This document shows positions 12,132-23,103 of a stretch of DNA of 34,879 nt, piece after piece. The stretch covers positions 1-34,879 of the forward strand of contig JASVEC010000183.1 in assembly GCA_030770535.1 (NCBI GenBank). Direction: 5' to 3'. The first letter of the stretch is position 1, and each line of letters starts with the position of its first letter. The notes below the pieces were generated by a model. That model did not search any database. It was not told where the DNA came from and saw only the letters and a program-made list of their open reading frames with translations. A program made the translations under genes and the position numbers. Source of the stretch: Batkoa obscura (lineage: Eukaryota).

Positions 12132-13558
12132 ATGTATCAAATAATAATAACAATGATATTAATTTCTTATTTCTTATTGATTTTAATTCGATATATTCAA
12201 CCTATTACTACTTTCTCTCATAATACTTCCACCTTTCATTCCACTTCTACTCCAATCAATGGTGTATTATATCAAAGTTTTGAATGGTATTTAAATAATG
12301 ATAGTCAACATTATAATAATATAATGTCTTATATCCCAGAATTATCTCATTATGGGATCTCTGCATTATGGTTACCACCAGTGAGTAAAGGAGGAGCAGG
12401 TACTAATGATGTAGGTTATGGTATTTATGATATGTATGATTTAGGGGAATTTAATCAAAAGGGTACAATAAAAACAAAATATGGAAATAAACAAGAGTTG
12501 ATTAAATTAACTAAGAAATTAAAGGAATATAATATTGATATTTATGCGGATATGGTATATAATCATAGAGTTCAAGGGGATGAAAAGGAGAAATTTATAG
12601 TAAAGAAATGTGATCCAAATAATCGATTAATAGATATTTCAAATGAAATGTGGATTACTAGTTATACTAATTTTACATTTGAAGGTAGAGATGGAAAATA
12701 TTCTAAATTTCAATTTCAAAGTTGGCATTTTACAGGAACAGATGTCAATATAGATACAATGGAACATGGTATTTATAGAATATTAGGTAAAATCAATTTA
12801 AATAATAAAAGTAATAATTTATTTATTAATATTATTTTTAATTTTAATTTAGGTAAAAATAAATATTGGTCATTAGAAGTAGATAAAGAATATGGAAATT
12901 ATGATTATTTATTAGCTAATGATTTAGATTTAAAACATCCAGAAGTTGAATTTGAATTAATTAAGTATACCTTATGGTTGAAAGATCAATTAAATTTAAA
13001 TGGTATTCGATTTGATGCAGCTAAACATATTCATTTGTCATTTATTAAAAACATAATGAAAGAGATGTTAATTCAAGGAAATGAGAACTTTTTTTTTGTA
13101 GCTGAATATTGGAGTGGAGATGTAAATGTATTAATTGAATTTATAAAAAAGTTTGACTATAAAATACATTTATTTGATGTATCATTACATTATAATTTCT
13201 ATCAAGCAAGTATTGAATTTGAAAAGTATGATTTAAGTAAAATATTAGATAATACATTAGTAAAAGATTATCCCACTCAAGCAGTTACATTTGTAGATAA
13301 TCATGATACTCAATTAGGTCAATCCTTACAATCTTGGGTTCAAGATTGGTTTAAATTACATGCTTATTGTTTAATTTTATTAAGAGATCAAGGTTATCCA
13401 ACTTTATTTTATGGGGATTATAATGGAATAATTAATGGACCTAATAAATTTAAGGGATTTAAATTAGAGTTAAAAAAATTATTATTAATAAGAAAATTAT
13501 ATAATTTTGGTATACAAATAGATTATTTCAATCATCCGAATACTATTGGTTGGTTAAG

Positions 13559-13641
<83 letters not shown>

Positions 13642-13868
13642 GTGATAATTCATTATTTGCTGTTTTATTATCTAATTCTAAAGATGGTTTTAAACAAATG
13701 TCATTTGGTTCAAAATTTAAACATATAAAATTAATTGATATCTTTAATACTACAAATGAAGTTGAATTAGACTCCACAGGTACAGCATATTTTAACGTTA
13801 AATCCAGGAAAATTGCAGTATTTATTAAATTTGATGAATTATCTAAATTTAATGAGTTATTATTATAA
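12132..13868 (+). CDS. Alpha-amylase, GH13 subfamily 5 type, with N-terminal hydrophobic segment; probable 66-nt in-frame intron at 12787-12852
   Basis: YQSFEWY, VGYGIYDMYDLGEFNQKG, catalytic RFDAAKH / AEYW / FVDNHDT, GYPTLFYGDY. Confidence 0.93.
13563..13640 (+). repeat. (AAT)26 coding microsatellite (poly-Asn) in the amylase
   Basis: 78 nt of perfect AAT in frame. Confidence 0.95.
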
Positions 13869-13925
13869 TAAATAATAATAAATAATAATAATATAATTTA
13901 TTTGTATTTATATATTTTATATATT

Positions 13926-15010
13926 TTAAATTTCAATATCATCATTTAACATATTACCAGCTAATTCGACTTTTTCACCTTGCTTAAATGCTGGCATACC
14001 TAAATAAGGACATGAAGCACAACGGAAGGCATCACCAAGATAACACTAATCAAAAGAATATTAACATTTAATAAAAATCAAAACCAAAAGAATAATATTT
14101 TATTAATATAAAAGAATACTTACACTACCACAGCTTGATTTTACATTTGATGTATCTAAATTCTTTTTATTATTTTCTTTCTCTTCTTCTTGTTCTAATT
14201 CAGCTAATCCACAAGTACAATTTTTACATGCTTTTTTCTTTTTTTCACCATTATTAGTAGGAGCTAATTATTATAATCAAATTTTATTAATAAATTAACT
14301 TCAAATTAATAACATCACAAAAAAATTTAATAAATTTATCATAAACAAAAAAACATTTAAATATTGAAACATTTAAACTTACCACATAAACTATCTTCAT
14401 TAGGTTTAATAAAATCTTTATCATCAACTAATTCATCTTCATTTAATAATTCATTCTCTTCCATTTTGTCCCACAAATATTTTTTCTTAGATGCTTTGGA
14501 CTTCAAATTTAATTTATTCACTTTTATATAATTTGGTTTTTCTGCAATATACTAAAATAAAAAAGGAAGTATTAAAATCAATATATACATATTAATACTC
14601 TTTATAATTTACCTTCTTTGTTCCTTCATCAAATTTAACTTCCACAAACCCATTTAACTTAATTTCTTTCTCCACATTAATATTATTCTCTTTATCTTTC
14701 AAATCAATCATCACTTTTCCACCTTTTTTTAAATAGTTATAGATCAATTTAATACTTTTTAAGCCAATTAAACTGAGAATTGTTACATTATCATATTCTT
14801 CATTATAATTGACCTCTAATTAAAGTAAACATATTAATATCAAGGTAATAACTAAAGATAAAGCGCGAATCATTTACCTGAATTAATGATACGTTCATCG
14901 ACTTCAATATCGACTTGAGTATATTCAGAATTAAGTTTTTGTTTCTCAATTTGTAATTGAGCTTGATTTAAATTAAGATTAATAATCAATAAAGCTTTAG
15001 TGGAAGTCAT
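13926..15010 (-). CDS. DRE2: Fe-S assembly protein Dre2/anamorsin, 5 exons (missed by ORF track)
   Basis: C...[13 protein letters not shown] and [32 protein letters not shown]; exons 15010-14878, 14815-14613, 14551-14383, 14263-14124, 14045-13926. Confidence 0.95.
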
Positions 15011-15429
15011 AATATTAGATCGATTGTTTTATATTGTACTGTTATTTCTATTGATGTATTTAAATTGCAATTATACTGAACTTTAGTAATTCTTATATTT
15101 GTAAATAAAAAATATTTAAATTGGGATTTAAAAAGTTTCAACTATTCTACTTTTGATTTTTTTTATTAGATTATTCTATTCATAAGTTAAATTCTTTATT
15201 TTGGACTAAGCATTGCTGTTTTTTTAGTAAGTAGTTAATTAGTTGGATTCATTATGATTCCTCTCTATCTTTAGATCAAATGATCATGATTTGATTGATT
15301 GCATATAGGCTTTTATTGGTTCTAGATAACCGCTAATTAAGGATTTTGAATGCTATTTTTTTGGTTGGAAAATTATATTTAATTGAAAATAATATAAGTT
15401 AGTTTTCTAATATATTTTATATTAATTGT

Positions 15430-15541
15430 AATAATATAATATAATATAATATAATATAATATAATATAATATAATATAATATTTATTTTATTTAAATTTA
15501 ATTAAACTTAAACTTAAACTTAAACCTAAACTTAAACTTAA
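15430..15541. repeat. (ATAAT)n and (TAAACT)n microsatellites
   Basis: About 10 pentamers at 15430-15481, about 6 hexamers at 15503-15541. Confidence 0.85.
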
Positions 15542-15724
15542 AAATCAACTTGAAAAATTTTCTAAAATATTTATTAGTAATTAATTAATTTTATAAATTA
15601 GTTTTTATTTTTTTGTAGATTAAACATCAATTCAAACGGTAACTAACATTTAAAAATTAATATATAACTTATTAACTCAACAAAAAAGATATAAACTAAA
15701 ACAATTAATTCCTATTAATTTAAA

Positions 15725-16042
15725 ATACAATTCATTCCCTTCCTCTTCATCACATTATCCTTCGTTTTATCAATCCCTATATCTCAAGGTGACTAATTAT
15801 ATTATAAAAACAAAGTTTAATAATTCAACTTATAAAGTAGAATTTTATTTTTATTAGATTCATCTATCATTAATAATATTACTATTGATGATATTTTGTT
15901 AAAAGTATCTTAAAGTAATAGTAAAAGTGACCAAGATAGTGGTCAACAACAAAATGTTGCTTCATTTACTGATATTAGTTCTGTGAATGTAAATAATAGT
16001 GATAAAGAATCTCAGGACAAAAATATTTTCTTTTTTTCCTGA
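15725..16042 (+). pseudogene. Relic of a small secreted-protein gene (divergent family member)
   Basis: ATA in place of ATG, then QFIPFLFITLSFVLSIPISQ (signal-peptide-like); GT-AG intron 15789-15857; in-frame TAA at 15911; ATATATAACT upstream. Confidence 0.55.
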
Positions 16043-16351
16043 ATTTACTGAAAATATTGATTAGTAATTTTTTTTATGCAATAGTGTTCAAATCAAACAC
16101 AATACAATAATAGTTATAATGAAGATAATGTTTGATATAAAATTAATATTTAATATTTAGATATATATAATAACATCGTTAATAAGGATATAATTAAAAA
16201 TTTTAATAAAACATAATAAGGTAATTATTAAAATAAGAATATAAAAATAATATTAAATAAATGTTCAAACAATAAATTAATAAAACAAATAAATAATAAT
16301 GTTTATTTATTAGTTTGTGTTTGAGTTATTTTATAGCTTATCTTTAATAAT

Positions 16352-16448
16352 GTGGAGTTATTTTTTTGCTTAAGGATTTTATTAATAAATTTTCGTCTTA
16401 AATAGCACTTAAAAAGTAGAAAGTGATGAAACCAGAAAGAACACTCCT
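16352..16448 (+). mobile_element. MITE copy 4 (degenerate, abutting copy 5)
   Basis: GTGGAGTTATTTTT...AAATAGCACTTAAAAAG...GTGATGAAACCAG...AACACTCCT. Confidence 0.7.
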
Positions 16449-16452
16449 ATAT

Positions 16453-16554
16453 GGGGATGCATTTTTGTGTTTAAGAATTTTTCTGATAATTTTTCCACTC
16501 AAATAGCGCTTAAAAAATTGTTAGTAAAATTATTAAATACAAAAATACATCCCC
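16453..16554. mobile_element. MITE copy 5, fold-back variant with two left arms
   Basis: GGGGATGCATTTTTG...CAAAAATACATCCCC; the last ~42 nt are the reverse complement of the left arm; ATAT on both sides. Confidence 0.85.
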
Positions 16555-16804
16555 ATATACTAGATAAAATAATACTATTTATATGAATTACTTTAAACAT
16601 AAATTTCAAAATTAACTTAAAATTCCAATAGTTTTAAATAGTTTAATAAAGAAATGTAAACTAGAAAATTAATTTTTATAGTTTATATTTTAGTTATTTA
16701 AATAATTATTATACTTTGTTTTTATATTAAAAAATGTATACTTTATTTAATTTATTTTCTTGATTATATTTTTTATTATTGTATTTTATCATTATTTTTA
16801 TTAC

Positions 16805-17673
16805 TGTAAAATATTGCTTTGTCAGCTCCATGATTGATTGTAACATAATAGGCATTTAAGCTGTTGTGTTCTCAAGTTCAGAGACAATCAATCCCACATT
16901 CTTAGTTTGATTTGCTATGAGAATTTCTAGTTTCATCCAAAAGAATATTATTTTCTCATTTTGATATTTATACTTGTCAGAATATAGAAGAAATTTTAGA
17001 GTATAGTAGGTCGAGGCTTTTTAACTGAATTATTCCCTGATATCTCATACATCCAATAAAGCCACTAAATTTTCTTAATAGTAATTTATGTAGATTTTAC
17101 ATTAGTATTGTGAAATATCGCTTTGTCAGTCCCATGGTTAATTATTTTGATTTGTTATGAGAATTTCTAGTTCCACCCAAAAGAATATTATCTTCTCATT
17201 TTGATACTTATACTTTTCAGAGTATAAAAGAGTTTACAGAATATAATAGTTCGAGGCTTTTTAACTGAATTAATCCCTGATATCTCGAACATTTAATAAA
17301 GCCACTAAGTTTTCTTAATAGTATTTTACATAGATTTTACATTAGTATTGTCTATTCTATTTGTCTTATATAGCTTGTAACCTATTACGTGCTATTCCTC
17401 ATAACCCAAGTCTATCTTAGTCACATAAACTAAGACCTTTCGACTTATAGTGTAGTCAACCCAGCAATAGCTGTTCTTGACTCCAAACCCTGAGTACCAG
17501 ATTTCACAAGTATTGTCTATTTTATTTGTCTTACATAGTCCATAGCCTATTACATGCTATTATTCATAATTCAAGTCTATCTTAATCACATAAACTAAGA
17601 CCTTTTAACTTACAGTATAGTCAACTAGGCAATAGCTGTTATTAACTCCAATCACTGAGTACCAGATTTCACA
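16805..17673 (+). mobile_element. Solo LTR (~464 bp) interrupted by a second copy of the same LTR
   Basis: Starts TGTAAAAT, ends ATTTCACA; two halves (16805-17108, 17514-17673) colinear with the inner copy; flanks ATTAC / (A)TTGC. Confidence 0.78.
17109..17508 (+). mobile_element. Nested solo LTR (400 bp)
   Basis: TGTGAAAT...ATTTCACA 8-bp terminal inverted repeat; perfect 5-bp TSD AGTAT (17104-17108, 17509-17513); TATAAAA near 17223 and AATAAA near 17295. Confidence 0.85.
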
Positions 17674-17917
17674 TTGCTAATATAATTTTATATTTTATTA
17701 AGTAGTTTTTTTAATATTTTGAATGATTTTTTGATAAATTTTTATAAAATTTTTTTTATTTTCCAACTTTTTATTTTTTATTATAATAATATTAATAGAT
17801 TATTTTTATATAAGTAATATAATTAAAAAAGCAATATAACTATTTAATTATAAATATATTACTTTTAATAATTGTTAAAAAAGCCAAATGTTTTAAATAA
17901 GAAAAGTAAAATAATAT

Positions 17918-17976
17918 AGAAATGTTTTTTTAGCTTATCAATTTTTCCATTTTTTAAGCATTATTTGAGTGGAAAG
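17918..17976 (-). mobile_element. MITE copy 6 (truncated)
   Basis: Reverse complement reads CTTTCCACTCAAATAATGCTTAAAAAATGGAAAAATTGATAAGCTAAAAAAACATTTCT. Confidence 0.75.
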
Positions 17977-18284
17977 AGTATGAGTACAGTTCTTAAACAA
18001 AAAACCGATCGTATCCTTTTTGTCTCATCTACCCTTAGAACTTGTAGACCTCTTCTCATATCAAAGCTATATAAAATAATCATCAAATCCGTTATATCTG
18101 CAATTTCTCATATAAGTCCAATGTTTTCAATATTAATATTTCATATTACATCTTAATAATTTTAAAATTATAATGTTAATTTAAACCAACAAAATTGATT
18201 AATATATATAAAATATCATATTAAAGTTTAATCCCTATTTTATTAAATTCAAGGTCAAAAGCTGCTTTATTCTTTTTATAAGTA

Positions 18285-18608
18285 TTATAAATTTTGATTG
18301 TTTTTTTCAATATTAGTTGATGAGTCTTGGACTTTCATCTCCGCTTGTTTCAAGTCAGATGGGATCTTCGTAAGGCTATCCGCTTGATTACTTTGACTTG
18401 AAACTGGTTGTAATTTTGTACTATTTTGTTGATCCTTAGATGTAAATTTGAGGGAGGGTTTAGCTAATTTTGATATAGCCTCAGGTATATGTTCTTGAAA
18501 TGGAGAATTAAAAGCTTGTAAATTACTATCATTTTTAGCAATGGATTGAGGTAATGTAAAAGAGAAAATTAATGGTAAAGATGTGAGGAAGATATAAGCG
18601 AAATGCAT
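18285..18608 (-). CDS. Small secreted protein, unrecognised family (107 aa)
   Basis: Signal-peptide-like MHFAYIFLTSLPLIFS; aligns with 20981 and 24078 ORFs; GTATATAAC about 60 nt upstream. Confidence 0.75.
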   Translation of the reverse strand: MHFAYIFLTSLPLIFSFTLPQSIAKNDSNLQAFNSPFQEHIPEAISKLAKPSLKFTSKDQQNSTKLQPVSSQSNQADSLTKIPSDLKQAEMKVQDSSTNIEKNNQNL

Positions 18609-18913
18609 TTTTTGTAGAGATGAGATTTAGTTGTTTATGTTTTGCTATTTTTTTTCCGGAATATTGAGTTATATACTAGGTTTTTAAGTTAAATTCGGTA
18701 AATTCAAAGTTTATCATATTATAGGAAACTAAAAATCGAATTCGGAGAATTAATAGCTCTAAATTTTTTAATAAAAATCAAAAAAACTATAACTCAATAA
18801 ATTTTAATATAAGTTTAAACTCTAAGGTTTTATTAAGAAATTACCTTTTAGATGTCTATATCAAATTCCTTTGACTTCAATACTTTAAATTAGAATTTAG
18901 AAACATTATATAT

Positions 18914-18994
18914 GGTTGTGTCTTTTTAAGAGTTCTACAATTTTTTCACTTAATAACACTTAAAAATAAATAAATGAAACTAAAAAAACGTTCT
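18914..18994 (+). mobile_element. MITE copy 7 (degenerate)
   Basis: GGTTGTGTCTTTTTAAGAG...TTTTTCACTTAATAACACTTAAAAA...TGAAACTAAAAAAACGTTCT; ATAT flanks. Confidence 0.6.
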
Positions 18995-19220
18995 ATATAT
19001 TTCCTTAGAAAATCATTTAAAGCTATTTAGTCTCTTAAAAAGTTACTATTGTCTATATAAAGTTAAGCAACCACTTGATAAACTAATAGTACTAGCCCCT
19101 CCATTCATGAATACTTTGGTGCTTTGATCAACACTAGCATCTTTAACTAAGCTATCTAATGAACCTAAAAATTGTGATAAAATAAAGTATAATAATATAA
19201 CGAAAAAGTAATCAACTTAT

Positions 19221-19318
19221 GGGGATGTATTTTTGTATTTAAGAATTTTACTAACAATTTTTCCACTCAAGTAGTGCTTAAAAGATGGAAAAAGTAATAA
19301 AGCCAAAAAAACATTCCC
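19221..19318 (+). mobile_element. MITE copy 8
   Basis: GGGGATGTATTTTTG...AAAACATTCCC with TTAT on both sides. Confidence 0.9.
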
Positions 19319-19698
19319 TTATGTTTTATACATATCAAAATTTCTGCATCTTAATAAAGTAACTAGAACTTTATTTTACATTACTTTTAACCTAACACAT
19401 GTATTTTAAGAATTTAAACAAGCTGAGATAAAATTTCTTAATAATTATTTAAAGCAGGTGAATAAAGTTTGAAATAATAAAATAAAAGATCTATATTTAA
19501 GTTTATAATGATTTCTGTTATTATTAATTTTAGTCACTTGATTATGTTAATAATTTGATTTAATAAGTTTAAATATTTTTGTATAAAATTAAAGACAATG
19601 AAATTATTTATCAAAAAACTTTGTTAATATAAAACAAAGCTATAAACTTAGGTTATTAAACACATCTAACGTATTTTTTGATTAATTACTAAACATAT

Positions 19699-19791
19699 GA
19701 GAATTTATTTTTTTGTTTAAGAATTTTACTAATAATTATTCTACTCAAATAACACTTAAAAATGGAAAAAGTGAAATCAGAAAACACCTTC
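19699..19791 (+). mobile_element. MITE copy 9
   Basis: GAGAATTTATTTTT...AAAACACCTTC with ATAT on both sides. Confidence 0.8.
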
Positions 19792-19910
19792 ATATATAAA
19801 ATTGAAGCTTTACAAAAGCATAAAAAAGATAGTAAATCACTCTTTAAAAAATGTATATAAACAAAATATCAAAGAATGATGACCTATAATATATATATGT
19901 ATATACATAA

Positions 19911-20055
19911 ATGTAATTCAATTATTTATTTTTATCGATTTTATCTCTAACTTCTTCGCTTTCATTACCTTAAATTAACATTTGATAAAAATATTCAAGG
20001 TTTACAAGCTCTCAATGCACCCAATTCCAAAAGTAATTTTATAAGATTCTTCTAA
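19911..20055 (+). pseudogene. Relic of the small secreted-protein family
   Basis: M*FNYLFLSILSLTSSLSLP*INI / DKNIQGLQALNAP; stops at codons 2 and 21 plus a frameshift; GTATATAAAC upstream. Confidence 0.8.
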
Positions 20056-20980
20056 TTCAAAAAACTCACTAACTGGGCTTTCAGGCATCATCGGAGAGCT
20101 TATTGTCAAAACCGATTTAGAAATGATTCTTTCCAATTCAAAGAAATATATTTAACTTTTATTAAAAAAGTTAAAGATTTCTTGTTCATTTTTCACTGTC
20201 TATTAAAATAAGAAAGTTAAGCTAAATTTTGATTTACTTTGTTTTAATAAACGTATAGTTTGTCATATAAAACTTTATAGAATATTATCAAATAAAATTA
20301 TTATAATAATCTTTTTTCTTTTGAAAAATTTAAACTTTGATATTTATTAACCACGATAAGGATTTCAACACAACTCAGTTAAATTAAGACTGAACACTAT
20401 GGAAGCTACCAACAATAAAAGAGATTAAGTCTAATGATCGCTCCCTTTGAAAAAGGCCAGTGTATAGACTAAAGCTATATCTACCTTTGTTGTCTAGAAA
20501 ACTTCGAATCGAGAGAATATCACTATGATCATAGATATATTAAAGTTCGGTATTGATGGGATTAAATATAAAATTATCAATTGCCAAGGCTTTTATCATT
20601 TAAATGAATGATGCTAAAGTTATACAAATGATTCAATTTGATACAGAAAGTATGTATAGAGAATACTTTAGAATTATCATATATATGTTAAATGAATAGT
20701 ATTAATATATTAAATTGTTTTATAATGATTTTTAATTTTACTGTAAAAAGATAATAAATTAATTTAATATAGAGAATAAAAGTCTATTAACTTTTATTTC
20801 ATTAAATGCCAATTTAAACCAACAATCAAACTAAAGATTCTTTAGTTTCCGAGTCCAGTTTTAAATTTCCTAAACTGGATTTAAACGTAATAGATTTAGC
20901 AAAACATCAAAAAGTAGTATATAACTAACATTTTAAATAAAAAACCCAACAAACTTCATATTCTTTATCCTCATAAAAAA

Positions 20981-21214
20981 ATGCATATCATTCACTTGTT
21001 TCTAGTATTCTTACCATTAATCTTTTCTCGCTCATTACCTAAAGCCAATGTAGATAAAAGTCAAAATAACATGGAAGCTTTTGATGATGGATTAAAACAA
21101 ACATTATCAAAAGCAAAATCTACTTCTGAAAAGCAAGTCTCGGATATTGCTTCTAACTTTGAACAATTCCTTTCTAAATTAGACGGCATTAGATCAATTA
21201 ATACCAAAACATAA
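20981..21214 (+). CDS. Small secreted protein, unrecognised family (77 aa)
   Basis: MHIIHLFLVFLPLIFSRSLPKANVDKSQNNMEAF; GTATATAAC upstream. Confidence 0.75.
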   Translation: MHIIHLFLVFLPLIFSRSLPKANVDKSQNNMEAFDDGLKQTLSKAKSTSEKQVSDIASNFEQFLSKLDGIRSINTKT

Positions 21215-21778
21215 GTAACATCTTCTAAGTTGAATAAGTTTAAAATAGGGATGGAGTTTTATTGCATTATTTTTGTCGCATTTAGTAGTGGGATTTGAGT
21301 TGAATTATGTTCGCTGGCCTACTTTAATAAAAGTATAAAAAACAAAATTATAACCTTATATGTTTTTGAATTTAATGTGGATGGACTTAAGTATTAGAGG
21401 TATCAGTTGTTAAACTTTTTATCTTTTTATCTTTTAAATAATTGAATGTAGAAGTTGTAGCAAAAATACTTGATTATAACTATAAACATCTTGTATTAGA
21501 GTTTTTATGTCTAGTTTATAGCTATAGTGATTGCTATTTAATGTTAACAATTGTCTTAATTTTAAGTTTAAACTCATTCTTCTATTATTTTTATAAAAAG
21601 GTGACTTTATTGAGATAAAGATAAATGTTGAAATTATTGTTTAATCCAAATATTAGTATGAAATTAATTTTTAATTTCTTATAATAAGTTATCTTAAACA
21701 TAAACTATGGAAAATACCTTAAAAAGTTAACATATAAATAATCATCAAAGAAATAGGTATAAAAAAATTATTCTCAAA

Positions 21779-22032
21779 ATGTAATTCATTTATAGACTTT
21801 TTACATTATTATCTTTAATTTTATTGACCCTCCTGTTCCAAACAACAGTGATAAAAGTAAGGATAAATTGAAATCTTCTAGTAGTGTAGTTGAACAAGCT
21901 ATCATATAAGCTAAATGTATTATAAAGGGTCTATTTTCTAAAACTATAAGCAATATTTGTACAAACAAATTGGACTTGAAAAAATTATAAGAGTGTTTAA
22001 ACAAGCCATCTCCCAAGATAGATCCAGTATAA
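21779..22032 (+). pseudogene. Relic of the small secreted-protein family
   Basis: M*FIYRLFTLLSLILL, frameshift, then SDKSKDKLKSSSSVVEQAII*AK aligning to DKNNNNLESTNSEFQQPIPQAF. Confidence 0.7.
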
Positions 22033-22045
22033 CAGATGTGTTTAT

Positions 22046-22140
22046 GAGGATGTTTTTTTTGGCTTCATCACTTCATCTTTTAATCGCTATTTGAGTGGAA
22101 AAATTATTAGCAAAATTCTTAAACACAAAAATATATCCTC
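22046..22140 (-). mobile_element. MITE copy 10
   Basis: GAGGATGTTTTTTTTGG...AAAAATATATCCTC with TTAT on both sides. Confidence 0.88.
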
Positions 22141-23103
22141 TTATTGATATTATAGTCAAGATTAATGTAAATAAGAAGAATTTGAAGGTCTGAAGATACT
22201 TTTGAGTAATTATTCGCATTAGTTTAATCTGTTTGGTTTATTTGTGGCCTTTAGTGCTTCTAAACAATGATCTTATAATAAGACCTCAAGCTAAAAATTA
22301 GACCAGAATTATTTTTTATATTTTAATAGAAGCATACTTTTAAATTATAGTGAAATTATAGTGGTTTTGAATAAATAAGATTTGATATAGCTTTTTAAAT
22401 CAACTATACATAGCTATAAAAAACCTGATAAAGTTATTCTCAATAAAATTTAATGGATTTAATAAGTTTGATAAAATAAGACTATATAGGGTAAAATCCT
22501 ATAAACTATAGCTTGATATTATAAAGTTTAAGCTGTTATCAATTTTTTATTCAGTTTTATCGTATGAAACTGTAAGTTTACTGCCAATCCATTGTCATTT
22601 TCAAATATTTACACATCGGTATAAAAAAAGGCACTGATTTAGTTAAAACATTCTAATTGATTTAAACAGATATGTAAAATAAATTATTATGCTATGTTTT
22701 ATATCAATTGTGGTTTTTGTTGCATAGTCAAGAATTAAGTGATTAGGTGCTACTCTTTATTAAACACTTATTAACGTTGTTTTCATTCGAGGAAGGGGAT
22801 TGATAAATTTAATACATTTTTAAAATTTTGACTTGCGTGTTACAACTCCTGTAGCTCTTTTACGACTTTACAACTGTAATTTCTATAAGGAAATTATTTA
22901 TATATATGTTTTTTTTAAAGTCAAATTTAATATATTTTAGGCGAATTTTAACATAACCTTTTTTATGAATATACAGTTAATTAGGTCGTAAGGGAGTTGC
23001 AACAACTGTAAACTAAATTCAGTTTCATAATGAATGATTTCACCAAAAGCGATTGTTATCCAAGTTTAAAACAAATTTAATCATAAAAAATCAAAATCAA
23101 AAT

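Noticed and set aside
13532..13777. Minus-strand poly-Leu ORF
   Set aside because: Antisense shadow of the (AAT)n tract in the amylase.
16805..17673. Two simple tandem duplications (A-A-B-B)
   Set aside because: TG...CA termini and the AGTAT duplication are explained better by nested insertion.
19918..20200. Exon-like minus-strand reading with in-frame TAAs
   Set aside because: The plus strand aligns clearly to the secreted-protein family, so this is its shadow.
21801..22016. 71-aa minus-strand ORF
   Set aside because: Shadow of the plus-strand secreted-protein relic.
15725..22032. TAA reassigned to Gln (alternative genetic code)
   Set aside because: TAA ends FKS1, CIA2, PTC7, DRE2 and ADE3 normally, and most TAA-bearing relics also have frameshifts.
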